A DNA stretch of 50,913 nt from a virus (Duplodnaviria > Caudoviricetes), in the IMG/VR virus record IMGVR_UViG_3300012347_000312, positions 1-50,913 of that record; one strand, 5' to 3'. The position numbers and the translations under genes are program-made. The notes under the pieces are model-generated. The model ran no database searches, was not told the DNA's origin, and saw nothing but the letters and a program-made list of their open reading frames with translations. Positions 42,510-50,913 of the stretch are shown here, piece after piece (positions within the stretch are counted from its first letter, which is position 1; every line of letters begins with the position of its first letter).

Positions 42510-43327
42510 TTAGACATGTCTAATGTAAGCATCTGCTGGTATTCTTTGGTACATTCGTGACAAGTCATGTTCATTGGCTGTATTTCAGCTTTTGATTTTT
42601 CAGAAACAATGTGATCTTTGATTTGATTAAACAACGCACGATCGGCATTTTTAAGAAAGTCAACAAGGTACGTCGGTTCATTAACCAAGGCATTTGGCGT
42701 CTTAATCGCTGCAATACTTTGTGCTAATGCCTCTACAGTAACTTCGGTGATCTGCTTTAGTGCTTGGGTTAGCGCATTGATTTTTTCATTTTCGTTGCCA
42801 TCTGTCAAGTCTAAACTTTGCAACTTGCGCTGTTCTGCAAACTGCTTTTGATTGTTATCGTTAAGATTCTGATAAGACATTGGCTTGAAGTAAATTTCCA
42901 TGTCTCTAAATCTGATAATTTTATTGTAGTCCGGACTTTTAATAGTATCAAGGACTGTGCGCAAATCAATGCCATAGGTAGCTTCATTTCCACAGTGTGG
43001 GCATCGACTTTCTAGCTCCATTTTATGTCCGTAGCTGGCAATACGAATACTGACCAAGATGGTATCAACGTCCGTAGCTGGTATTGCCCAGGGATTTCTA
43101 ATGCCTGGAATACAGCTTTGGATTACACTGGTAGTAGCACTGCCGTTGAATAAAGCATCTGGTGTGCGATATGTAATCTCGTCGATTGCTGTCATTGGGT
43201 ACACAGGAATTTCGCCAGTGGGCGGCATATCGAGCGAACCCTCTGGATAAAACTCACCGCCGCTGGGCAGTTTAATGTGAATAGCAGGTTGTCTAAAATA
43301 CTGCTGTAGTGGGTTGTTATGGATCAT
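42488..43327 (-). CDS. gp26: Baseplate hub / tail assembly chaperone, T4 gp26-like
   Basis: Start MIHNNPL at 43327 after GAGG; IKLPSGG..Y, PMTAIDEI, IRIASYG, CPHC and CHEC Zn pairs, ends NFFAPAS. Confidence 0.8.
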   Translation of the reverse strand: MIHNNPLQQYFRQPAIHIKLPSGGEFYPEGSLDMPPTGEIPVYPMTAIDEITYRTPDALFNGSATTSVIQSCIPGIRNPWAIPATDVDTILVSIRIASYGHKMELESRCPHCGNEATYGIDLRTVLDTIKSPDYNKIIRFRDMEIYFKPMSYQNLNDNNQKQFAEQRKLQSLDLTDGNENEKINALTQALKQITEVTVEALAQSIAAIKTPNALVNEPTYLVDFLKNADRALFNQIKDHIVSEKSKAEIQPMNMTCHECTKEYQQMLTLDMSNFFAPAS

Positions 43328-43338
43328 TTTTTTACCTC

Positions 43339-43354
43339 GGTAAATATAATTATG
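43339..43354. promoter_or_regulatory. Back-to-back divergent late-type boxes: GGTAAATA (+, tape measure) and CATAATTA (-, gp26-like)
   Basis: Only 24 nt separate the divergent ATGs at 43327 and 43352. Confidence 0.5.
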
Positions 43355-45463
43355 GCTAACCAATACACCCCCGACGAAATCCAAGAGATCTTTGATCGAT
43401 ATCACGAAGCAATTAACAAGGGCATACCTGTTACTAAGGAGCTGGCCGAGGAGCTGGCCGATGCAAAAAAGGGTATTAAAAACTACACTTTTACCCTGAA
43501 TCAGAGCCTGAAGCAACTGGGGCAAACTACTAAACAAACAATCGGGAATATTGCAAACGGAGCCAAGGGTGTATCTGTATTTAATGACAACTTGAGTGCT
43601 GCTGCTGACACTGCATCTACTGTGGCTGCTAGTTTTGGACCTCTGGGCGTAGCAGTTGGGTTAGTAGTAAAAGCTCTAACATTCTTTGTTACCACAGCTA
43701 ACAAACAAAGTGACAAGCTATTTGAGTCCTTTCAAAATCTAAGTAGATCTGGAGCAGTTGGCGCACAGGGCATGACTGATGTATTCCAAAGCATGAAACG
43801 CTTTGGATACACAATCGATGAGCTAGACAAAATGACAACAGTTCTAGCAGAAAATAGTCGTGATTTTGCAATGTTTAGTGGCACCGCTGCTACAGGTGGC
43901 AAGCAATTAAGTGAGCTAGTTGAAGGATTTAAAGATGCAAGAGTTAACTTGCAGGCATTGGGATTGAGTACCGACGAACAAGTTAGAGCAGCTTCTGGCT
44001 ACTACAAACAAATGGGTAGACTGGGACGTGCAACTGAAGCTACATCATCTGGTGCGATTGCTTATATTAAGGAAATGGAAACGTTAACTCGATTAACGGG
44101 TTTACAACGTGCTGATCTAGAAGCCCAGCGCGAGCAAGCAGAAGCAATTGATGCGTTCCAGGCTGCACTTGCAGATGCAGGCCCAGGTGCTGCTAAAAAT
44201 ATGCGAGAAACCTTTAATAGGTTATCGGCAATTGATCCTGAAATTGCGCAAGGTTACGCAGAATCTGTAAACGGTATTATTACAGGCAGCGAAGCGCAAA
44301 TGAAATACTTGCGCTCTACTAACTTTGAAGGTTTAGAGTTAGCACAAAGAACAACACATGACTTGTCAATGACAGCGTCAAAAGTTGGTGATTCTTTAGC
44401 AGATCTATATAAAGGTAACCAACAACTGCAACGTGATTTTGCTAGAGTAGGTGTTGATTATTTTGGCAAAGGCCGTTCGCATACAATTTTAGCAAACAAA
44501 GAATTTTCTAAAGCAACTGGTAAGGCAACTGAAGAAGTCGAAGGACTATATTCCAGCCTGGATGCTGCAACCCGAGCACAAGCTGAAGCTAGAGTTTCAC
44601 AAATTGATGCATCGAATAACATGCAGAGCTTTGTAAACATTGGAGTAGCACCAGCAACTCGAGCATTGGCTTACTTGACTGAAGTTGTTGAAAACTTAAC
44701 AAGTATTTTACCTGGCAGCAAGAGCAAAGGTTACGGACAATCGGGTACAGGCACAGCAGGCGGAAGCCTTGCAGCAACAGGTGCTGGCGCAGCAGCTGGC
44801 GCAACCGCTGGTAGTTTTCTAGGCCCACTTGGCACTGTTGCTGGCGGAGCAATTGGTGGATTAGCAGGGTTTGCTGGGTATCAAATGCACGGCGGTGGCG
44901 GCGGAACAACTGCTGGATTAAGAATAAAAAGCCCCGAAGCAACTGCTGGCGGCGAAGCTAATGCAAATCTATACGCACTAGCACAACGAATTCAAAATCA
45001 ATTAGGCGGCGATTTACACCACTTTAGTGCGTTTAACGATAGCTATCATCAAGGTACTAACAGTGCCCACACCCGCGGAACTGCTTTAGATTTTACGTTA
45101 ACTGATCCTAGTAAAGCTGCACAAATTGCTGGAATTCTACGCGGTATGCCAGGTGTAGCAAAAGTACTTGATGAGTATACTAATCCTAGCAGTCGTTCAA
45201 CTGCTGGACATATCCATGCTGAAATTAACGGAGCAGCAGGATTTAGAGGTGCCCTTAGTGGACCAATGAGTGGATATAGCCCTAACGTTTTGATGCATGG
45301 CAACGAAGAATTATCTATTAGACCTGCAGGCGGTTCGTCAAATTCAAATTCGGGTGCAAGCGAAGGCACTATGATGAAGCTGATTGAACGAGTGGATGAC
45401 TTGATTTATTTGAACAAGAGCCAACTCAGCACAGCCGAGAAAATGTTAAAGTATCAACAGTAA
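43352..45463 (+). CDS. Tape-measure-like protein with C-terminal Zn-peptidase (M15/LAS-like) domain
   Basis: Start MANQY at 43352; Ala/Gly-rich helical body, hydrophobic GPLGVAVG and glycine-zipper stretches; SAHTRGTALDF...HIH (HxxxxxxD...HxH). Confidence 0.7.
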   Translation: MANQYTPDEIQEIFDRYHEAINKGIPVTKELAEELADAKKGIKNYTFTLNQSLKQLGQTTKQTIGNIANGAKGVSVFNDNLSAAADTASTVAASFGPLGVAVGLVVKALTFFVTTANKQSDKLFESFQNLSRSGAVGAQGMTDVFQSMKRFGYTIDELDKMTTVLAENSRDFAMFSGTAATGGKQLSELVEGFKDARVNLQALGLSTDEQVRAASGYYKQMGRLGRATEATSSGAIAYIKEMETLTRLTGLQRADLEAQREQAEAIDAFQAALADAGPGAAKNMRETFNRLSAIDPEIAQGYAESVNGIITGSEAQMKYLRSTNFEGLELAQRTTHDLSMTASKVGDSLADLYKGNQQLQRDFARVGVDYFGKGRSHTILANKEFSKATGKATEEVEGLYSSLDAATRAQAEARVSQIDASNNMQSFVNIGVAPATRALAYLTEVVENLTSILPGSKSKGYGQSGTGTAGGSLAATGAGAAAGATAGSFLGPLGTVAGGAIGGLAGFAGYQMHGGGGGTTAGLRIKSPEATAGGEANANLYALAQRIQNQLGGDLHHFSAFNDSYHQGTNSAHTRGTALDFTLTDPSKAAQIAGILRGMPGVAKVLDEYTNPSSRSTAGHIHAEINGAAGFRGALSGPMSGYSPNVLMHGNEELSIRPAGGSSNSNSGASEGTMMKLIERVDDLIYLNKSQLSTAEKMLKYQQ

Positions 45464-45468
45464 CCGAC

Positions 45469-45476
45469 GGTAAATA
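45469..45476 (+). promoter_or_regulatory. Late promoter-like box GGTAAATA
   Basis: GGTAAATA-ctatct-ATG of the portal gene. Confidence 0.6.
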
Positions 45477-45482
45477 CTATCT

Positions 45483-47258
45483 ATGAGCTGGAAAAAATAT
45501 TTCAAAGTCGCTAACCCTAACGGGGACATGAGTCCGATATCGGGCACAAACCAATTTGGTTTGCCTGGCTACGGCAAAACTGGTAATGCAGGTGGTGCAA
45601 ACGGCGGGCTTTATACAGCCAACGACTTTGCATATCGCAACTATGCCAGCAGACTACCAGAAGTTTATTCTGGACATCCGAACCGTATTGAACGCTATAA
45701 CCAATATGAAAATATGGATTGCGATTCAGAGATCAATGCATGTTTAGATATTATTGCAGAGTTCTCCACACAAACAAACCAAAACAACGACACACCGTTT
45801 GATATCAAGTTTACTGATACTCCGACTGATCACGAAGTTGAATTAATTAAGAAGCAACTACAACAATGGACTAAACTCAACAAGTTAGACCAACGTATGT
45901 TCAAGTTGTTCCGCAATAGTATCAAGTACGGTGATCAAATTTTTGTGCGTGATCCAGAAACATTTGAAATGATGTGGGTTGACATGACCAAGCTCAGCCG
46001 CATTATTGTTAACGAATCAGAGGGCAAGCGCCCTGAACAATATGTTATTCGTGACTTAAACCCTAACTTCGAAAACATGACTGTTGCTGCTAAAACAGCG
46101 CAGGACTTTGCAGTTAACCCTAGTGTCGGTAGTATTACTAACCAAGGCAATTACACTTCGCCGTCAGGTGGCGGTGGTTTATCTGGCAACAGCCGTTTTG
46201 CTAGAACAGTGAACGAAGCTACACTAGATGCCAAGCACGTGGTTCACATTAGTTTAAGCGAAGGCCTGGATGTATTTTGGCCTTTCGGTAAGAGCATTTT
46301 AGAAAACATTTTTAAAGTTTACAAACAAAAAGAATTGCTAGAAGATGCTGTTCTTATCTATCGTGTAAGTCGTGCCCCAGAGCGTAGAATCTTTAAGATT
46401 GACGTTGGTAACATGCCATCGCACATGGCCATGGCATTTGTTGAGCGTGTTAAAAATGAAATGCATCAACGCAGAATCCCTACCATGAGCGGCGGTGGAC
46501 AGAACACAATGGATGCTACCTACAATCCATTATCGATTAACGAAGATTACTTCTTCCCACAAACTGCTGACGGTCGTGGAAGTTCTGTCGATACACTACA
46601 GGGCGGTCAAAACCTTGGCGAGATCGATGACTTGAAGTATTTCAACAACAAAATGGCCCGTGGATTGCGGGTTCCTAGTTCATACTTGCCCACTGGCCCA
46701 GATGAAAGTTCTCAAGCAGTTAACGACGGCAGAGTCGGAACTGCTCTTATTCAAGAATATCGCTTTAACCAATACTGCGAACGTTTACAAAAGCTGGTCA
46801 TTCAAAAGCTAGATGACGAGTTTAAAATGTTCTTGCGCTGGAGAGGTTTTAACATTGACGCAGGATTGTTTAACTTAAACTTCTGTGCTCCACAAAACTT
46901 TGCTGCTTATCGTGAAATTGAGTTAGACACCAGCCGCGTAAGCACATTTACTTCACTGGAACAAGTTCCTTACTTGAGCAAGCGTTTTATGCTTAAACGC
47001 TACTTGGGCCTAAGCGAAGAAGAGATTGTAGAAAACGAAAAAATGTGGCGCGAAGAACGTGATCAGCCTGATTTGCAAACAACACAAGGACAAGATTTAC
47101 GTTCGATTGGTATTACCCCAGCTGGGCTCGAAACTGATATTTCAACTGGTGAAGATCTGTCAGGCCTTGCGCCAATGGGTGCAGAAGCTGGCGTAACAGG
47201 TGGCGCCCCTGGTGCTGCTCCTGGTGCTGCTCCTGTAGCACCTCCCCCTGCAGGATAA
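45483..47258 (+). CDS. gp20: Portal protein, T4 gp20-like
   Basis: LLEDAVLIYRVSRAPERRIFKIDVGNMP; EDYFFP...GRGSSVDTLQGGQNLGEIDDLKYF...LRVPSS. Confidence 0.95.
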   Translation: MSWKKYFKVANPNGDMSPISGTNQFGLPGYGKTGNAGGANGGLYTANDFAYRNYASRLPEVYSGHPNRIERYNQYENMDCDSEINACLDIIAEFSTQTNQNNDTPFDIKFTDTPTDHEVELIKKQLQQWTKLNKLDQRMFKLFRNSIKYGDQIFVRDPETFEMMWVDMTKLSRIIVNESEGKRPEQYVIRDLNPNFENMTVAAKTAQDFAVNPSVGSITNQGNYTSPSGGGGLSGNSRFARTVNEATLDAKHVVHISLSEGLDVFWPFGKSILENIFKVYKQKELLEDAVLIYRVSRAPERRIFKIDVGNMPSHMAMAFVERVKNEMHQRRIPTMSGGGQNTMDATYNPLSINEDYFFPQTADGRGSSVDTLQGGQNLGEIDDLKYFNNKMARGLRVPSSYLPTGPDESSQAVNDGRVGTALIQEYRFNQYCERLQKLVIQKLDDEFKMFLRWRGFNIDAGLFNLNFCAPQNFAAYREIELDTSRVSTFTSLEQVPYLSKRFMLKRYLGLSEEEIVENEKMWREERDQPDLQTTQGQDLRSIGITPAGLETDISTGEDLSGLAPMGAEAGVTGGAPGAAPGAAPVAPPPAG

Positions 47259-47266
47259 ATAAAAGT

Positions 47267-47488
47267 ATGATCTTAAACGAACTTTATCAACGTCAACCTG
47301 AAGGATTGCAAGACCTGAGTCAAGATAACTCGCAGCCTCAGATTGGCGATTTGCGTAAAACTCATTTGACCTTGCGTCAACTTCGTAAATTAAGAATGAT
47401 GAATGATGTTAGAACTTACGAGTATAAAGAAAAACTTGCATTGATTCGAAAACAGTATGCACCACCACCTGCACCACCTGGGTTGTAA
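47267..47488 (+). CDS. Small head-cluster protein
   Basis: 73 aa; TAAATA box (47256-47261) 5 nt before ATG; RKTHLTLRQLRKLR. Confidence 0.7.
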   Translation: MILNELYQRQPEGLQDLSQDNSQPQIGDLRKTHLTLRQLRKLRMMNDVRTYEYKEKLALIRKQYAPPPAPPGL

Positions 47489-47593
47489 AAAAATTAATGA
47501 AACTGCCTTTTTAGGCAGTTTTCTGCATGTAAACACCCGATATTTTAAATTATATGTAAATAAAATTACGAGCCATACTTTACGGAGGATATT

Positions 47594-48397
47594 ATGACAT
47601 CGAAATTTGAACAGTTGATCGAATATGTGATCAATGATGAAGAACAAAAAGCTCGCGAACTATTCCACGACATCGTTGTAGAAAAGAGCCGCGAGATCTA
47701 CGAAAACCTCATGCAAGAGGAAGCAGAAGAAGAAATCGAAGAATCTGCAGACGAAGACTTAGACGAAGGTCTTGAAAACGTTGATGAATTTGGCGGCGAT
47801 TCTGCCGAAGAATTCATGGACGAAGTTGAAGTTGAAGAAGAAGGCATGATGGAAGGCGACGACGAAATTGAAATCGACGGCGAAATCACAGGCGACGACA
47901 TGGGCGATGCCGACGAAGCTGACGAAGGCAATCTTGAAGACCGCGTTGTTGACTTAGAAGACAAGCTAGACGAACTCATGGCCGAATTCGAAGACCTAAT
48001 GGGCAGCGAAGGCAACAGCGACATGGGCGTTGATGGCGGTGACGAACTAGAAATGGACGACACTGAAGAATTCAGCGACGAAGAAGGCGAAGAAGAATTT
48101 GAACTTGCTGAAGGTATTGACCTTAAGGCAGCTCCAAAGCCAACAACTTCTGAAGAAGGTTCTGTAAACAAGAAGTCTACTGTAAAAGCTAACTCTGGCG
48201 CTGCCGGTGCAATGGCTCAACCAGTTAGAGCTACAGGTACAGAAGCTAAAGGCCGTCCAGCTCCATCTGTTGGTAACTTGTCTGGTGCAACACCAACACA
48301 AGATGCAGGCAGCAAAGCATTTAAAACCGCAGCACCTAAACCAGTTACTACACAAGCAGCTGGTGTAAATGCTCGCACACCTTTCCCTAAAGGTTAA
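47594..48397 (+). CDS. Acidic prohead core protein (gp67-like position)
   Basis: Highly Glu/Asp-rich; lies between portal and protease; TAAATA box at 47557-47562 and SD GGAGG. Confidence 0.7.
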   Translation: MTSKFEQLIEYVINDEEQKARELFHDIVVEKSREIYENLMQEEAEEEIEESADEDLDEGLENVDEFGGDSAEEFMDEVEVEEEGMMEGDDEIEIDGEITGDDMGDADEADEGNLEDRVVDLEDKLDELMAEFEDLMGSEGNSDMGVDGGDELEMDDTEEFSDEEGEEEFELAEGIDLKAAPKPTTSEEGSVNKKSTVKANSGAAGAMAQPVRATGTEAKGRPAPSVGNLSGATPTQDAGSKAFKTAAPKPVTTQAAGVNARTPFPKG

Positions 48398-48406
48398 ACG
48401 TAAGAT

Positions 48407-49048
48407 ATGGCTCAGTATCTAAAAGAACATCTCAGCTTCACTCAAGCACACTGTCAATTGGTGCTTGAGGATGCTGCGGATGGTTCTGGTAAAAAGCTCT
48501 GCGGTATGCAAGGAATCTTCATTGAAGGTGACAAGCGCAATGCCAATGAGCGCATTTACCCCGGCCATGAAATACGACGTGCAGTTGATACTATCAATGC
48601 ACAAATTAACGAAGGTCAATCTGTTCTAGGTGAAGTCGATCACCCAGATGATTTAAAAATTAACTTGGACCGTGTGAGTCACATGATTGAAAAAATGTGG
48701 TACGAAGGTTCAACTGGATACGGTAAACTCAAGTTATTGCCAACACCAATGGGTCAGCTCGTAATGACAATGTTGGATGCAGGTGTAAAACTTGGAGTTT
48801 CAAGTCGTGGATCGGGAAACGTCGACGACAGAACAGGACATGTCAGTGACTTTGAAATAGTTACTGTTGATGTAGTTGCCCAACCTAGCGCACCTAATGC
48901 TTATCCCAAAGCAATTTATGAAGGTCTTCTTAACATGAAGCACGGTCATAAATTACTAGAGATGGCAAAAGATGCACAAACGGACAACAAGGTACAGAGA
49001 TATTTGAAGAGCGAAGTTGTCAAGCTCATCAAAGATCTCAAGATCTAA
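48407..49048 (+). CDS. gp21: Prohead protease, T4 gp21-like
   Basis: GIFIEGDKRNANERIY, LGEVDHP, RVSH, PTPMG, GVSSRGSG, DVVAQPSAPNAY. Confidence 0.95.
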   Translation: MAQYLKEHLSFTQAHCQLVLEDAADGSGKKLCGMQGIFIEGDKRNANERIYPGHEIRRAVDTINAQINEGQSVLGEVDHPDDLKINLDRVSHMIEKMWYEGSTGYGKLKLLPTPMGQLVMTMLDAGVKLGVSSRGSGNVDDRTGHVSDFEIVTVDVVAQPSAPNAYPKAIYEGLLNMKHGHKLLEMAKDAQTDNKVQRYLKSEVVKLIKDLKI

Positions 49049-49058
49049 GGAGATATTG

Positions 49059-50159
49059 ATGCTAGATGCAATCAAACCATTACTAGATAGCGACTTGATC
49101 AACGAGGACACTCGTCAAGAGATCAATGAAGCTTGGGAAACCAAGTTGAATGAAGCTCGAGAACAAGCTCGTGCAGAGCTCCGCGAGGAATTTGCACACC
49201 GCTACGAACACGACAAACAAGTGATGGTGGAAGCCCTTGATCGTATGGTAACAGAAGGTCTACAAGCAGAAATCCAGCAAGTTGCAGTTGAAAAGGCTCA
49301 ACTAGCTGAAGACCGCGTTAAGTTCCAAAAGAAGATGACTGAGTCAGCTACAAAGTTTAACAGCTTTTTAGTTACTAAGTTAGCTGAAGAACTTGGCGAA
49401 CTGCGTAAAGATCGCAAGACACACACCGAAGGCCTCGAAAAACTCGAAGGATTCGTTGTTCACGCTCTTGCACGTGAGATTCGTGAATTTGCACAAGACA
49501 AACAAGACTTGGTTAACACCAAAGTCAAACTTGTGGCCGAAGCTCGTGGAAAATTGGAAAGTCTAAAAGCACGTTTCGTTAAGGAAAGTGCTACCAAGAT
49601 GACCCAAGCTGTTAGCCAGCACTTAAAGGCTGAACTTAGTCAGTTACACGAAGACATCAAGATTGCTCGAGAGAACAATTTTGGTCGTCGTATTTTCGAA
49701 GCGTATGCAAGTGAATTTGGTGCTACTCATCTCAATGAGAAAGCAGAAGTTCGCAAATTGCACAATACAATTGCTGAGAAAAACCGTAAACTTGGCGAAG
49801 CCATCAAACTATCAACTCGTGCTAAAGCACTTGTTGAAAGTAAAGAACGTGATTTACGTATTCTTCGTGAATCCAATGAGCGTGAAAACACTCTTGGTGA
49901 ATTGCTACGTCCCTTGAACAAGGAAAAGCAAGAAGTGATGCGTAATTTACTCGAAAGCGTTCAAACTTCACGTTTGAAAAACGCTTTTGAAAAGTATCTA
50001 CCAGCTGTACTAGCTGAGAACAAATCAGTAAAAGCCAATAAAGTAATTACTGAAAACATCTCTGAAGTCACTGGCGATAAAACTGCCGCAAGAGTACAGG
50101 AAAACACCGCTGAAGAAAACAGCAACGTTTTTGCGCTCAAGCGCCTGGCAGGTATTTAA
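49059..50159 (+). CDS. gp22: Prohead core scaffold, T4 gp22-like
   Basis: Coiled-coil; GRRIFEAYASEF; between protease and capsid; start MLDAIK at 49059 after AGGAG. Confidence 0.85.
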   Translation: MLDAIKPLLDSDLINEDTRQEINEAWETKLNEAREQARAELREEFAHRYEHDKQVMVEALDRMVTEGLQAEIQQVAVEKAQLAEDRVKFQKKMTESATKFNSFLVTKLAEELGELRKDRKTHTEGLEKLEGFVVHALAREIREFAQDKQDLVNTKVKLVAEARGKLESLKARFVKESATKMTQAVSQHLKAELSQLHEDIKIARENNFGRRIFEAYASEFGATHLNEKAEVRKLHNTIAEKNRKLGEAIKLSTRAKALVESKERDLRILRESNERENTLGELLRPLNKEKQEVMRNLLESVQTSRLKNAFEKYLPAVLAENKSVKANKVITENISEVTGDKTAARVQENTAEENSNVFALKRLAGI

Positions 50160-50181
50160 AAAGAAAGAAAAGGAGACTTAA

Positions 50182-50913
50182 ATGTCACAAGAACTACTTG
50201 AAAGCCGCTGGGGCGAGACCAAAGAAGCCTTAATGGAAGGCCTTAACGGTACCAAGCGCAATAGCATGGGTGTTATCTTAGAAAACACTCGTAAGTATTT
50301 GAAAGAGAACGCAAGTTCTGGTTCAACTGCTGCTGGTAACATTGCAACACTTAACCGTGTTATTTTGCCAGTTATCCGTCGTGTAATGCCGACAGTTATC
50401 GCTAACGAATTGGTCGGCGTTCAGCCAATGACCGGTCCAGTTGGACAAATCCACACTCTACGTGTGCGCTACGCTCAGTCTTTAACAGACAGCAGCGCAG
50501 CAGCAACCAGCGTTACTGCTGGTCAAGAAGCTTTGAGCCCTTTCACAATCGCTCAAGCATATTCTACAGTGCCTAAAGACGCTACTACAGCTACATCTTA
50601 CACTGGCGGTTCTACTGCTAGCATGGAAGGTAACGGCGGTAAGCAAATTAGCATTCAAATCTTGAAGCAAGCTGTTGAAGCTAAGACTCGTAAGTTACAA
50701 GCACGTTGGACTTTTGAATCTGCTCAAGACGCACAAGCTATGCATGGTATCGACGTAGAAGCCGAAATCATGGCAGCATTGGCTCAAGAAATTACAGCTG
50801 AAATTGACCAAGAGATTCTATTGTCTCTGCGTACATTGGCTGCTACTGAGTTCACATACAACCAAGCTACTGTTTCAGGTACTGCTACATTCGTTGGTGA
50901 CGAACACGCTGCT
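50182..50913 (+). CDS. gp23: Major capsid protein, T4 gp23-like (3' truncated; absent from ORF track)
   Basis: MSQELLESRWGETKEALMEGL...ILPVIRRVMPTVIANELVGVQPMTGPVGQI...AVEAKTRKLQARWTFESAQDAQAMHGIDVEAEIMAALAQEITAEIDQE; SD AGGAG. Confidence 0.97.
   Translation, partial: MSQELLESRWGETKEALMEGLNGTKRNSMGVILENTRKYLKENASSGSTAAGNIATLNRVILPVIRRVMPTVIANELVGVQPMTGPVGQIHTLRVRYAQSLTDSSAAATSVTAGQEALSPFTIAQAYSTVPKDATTATSYTGGSTASMEGNGGKQISIQILKQAVEAKTRKLQARWTFESAQDAQAMHGIDVEAEIMAALAQEITAEIDQEILLSLRTLAATEFTYNQATVSGTATFVGDEHAA

Noticed and set aside
43319-43537. Track's extended starts making the gp26-like and tape-measure genes overlap by ~220 nt
   Set aside because: Better starts at 43327 (-) and 43352 (+) have SD or promoter boxes and remove the overlap
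47207-47234. Tandem CCTGGTGCTGCT repeat
   Set aside because: Encodes the low-complexity PGAAPGAAP tail of the portal protein; only two copies
47698-48171. 157-aa Ser-rich minus-strand ORF
   Set aside because: Mirror of the GAA/GAC-rich acidic core gene
1-50913. Stop-codon reassignment
   Set aside because: Core genes are full length under the standard code and TAA, TAG and TGA all end genes

Overview
About 51 kb from a large T4-like (gp23-type) myovirus, probably an uncultured environmental phage. Minus strand 1-33.1 kb: a late structural operon read from a tandem-cupin gene through baseplate genes (gp48/54-, gp53-, hub-, gp5-, gp25- and gp6-like), a 4775-aa baseplate/adhesin protein and two fibre genes, then a separately promoted cluster with three glycosyltransferase-like genes. 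Plus strand 33.2-41.8 kb: a sigma70-driven block with late sigma factor gp55, gp47/gp46 (Mre11/Rad50), accessory enzymes (2OG-Fe(II) oxygenase, two radical SAMs, SGNH-like) and a small GIY-YIG nuclease. 41.8-42.26 kb is a ~460-nt, helix-dense non-coding element, a candidate large ncRNA or origin. Next is a gp26-like chaperone ending in a candidate programmed -1 frameshift (T TTT TTC, 6-nt spacer, stem) into a short ORF absent from the ORF track. The plus strand then carries tape measure, portal, core, protease, scaffold and the truncated major capsid gene. Many genes have a TAAATA or TATAAT-type box only 4-6 nt before ATG, implying leaderless mRNAs. All protein calls come from motif recognition by eye; no database search was run.
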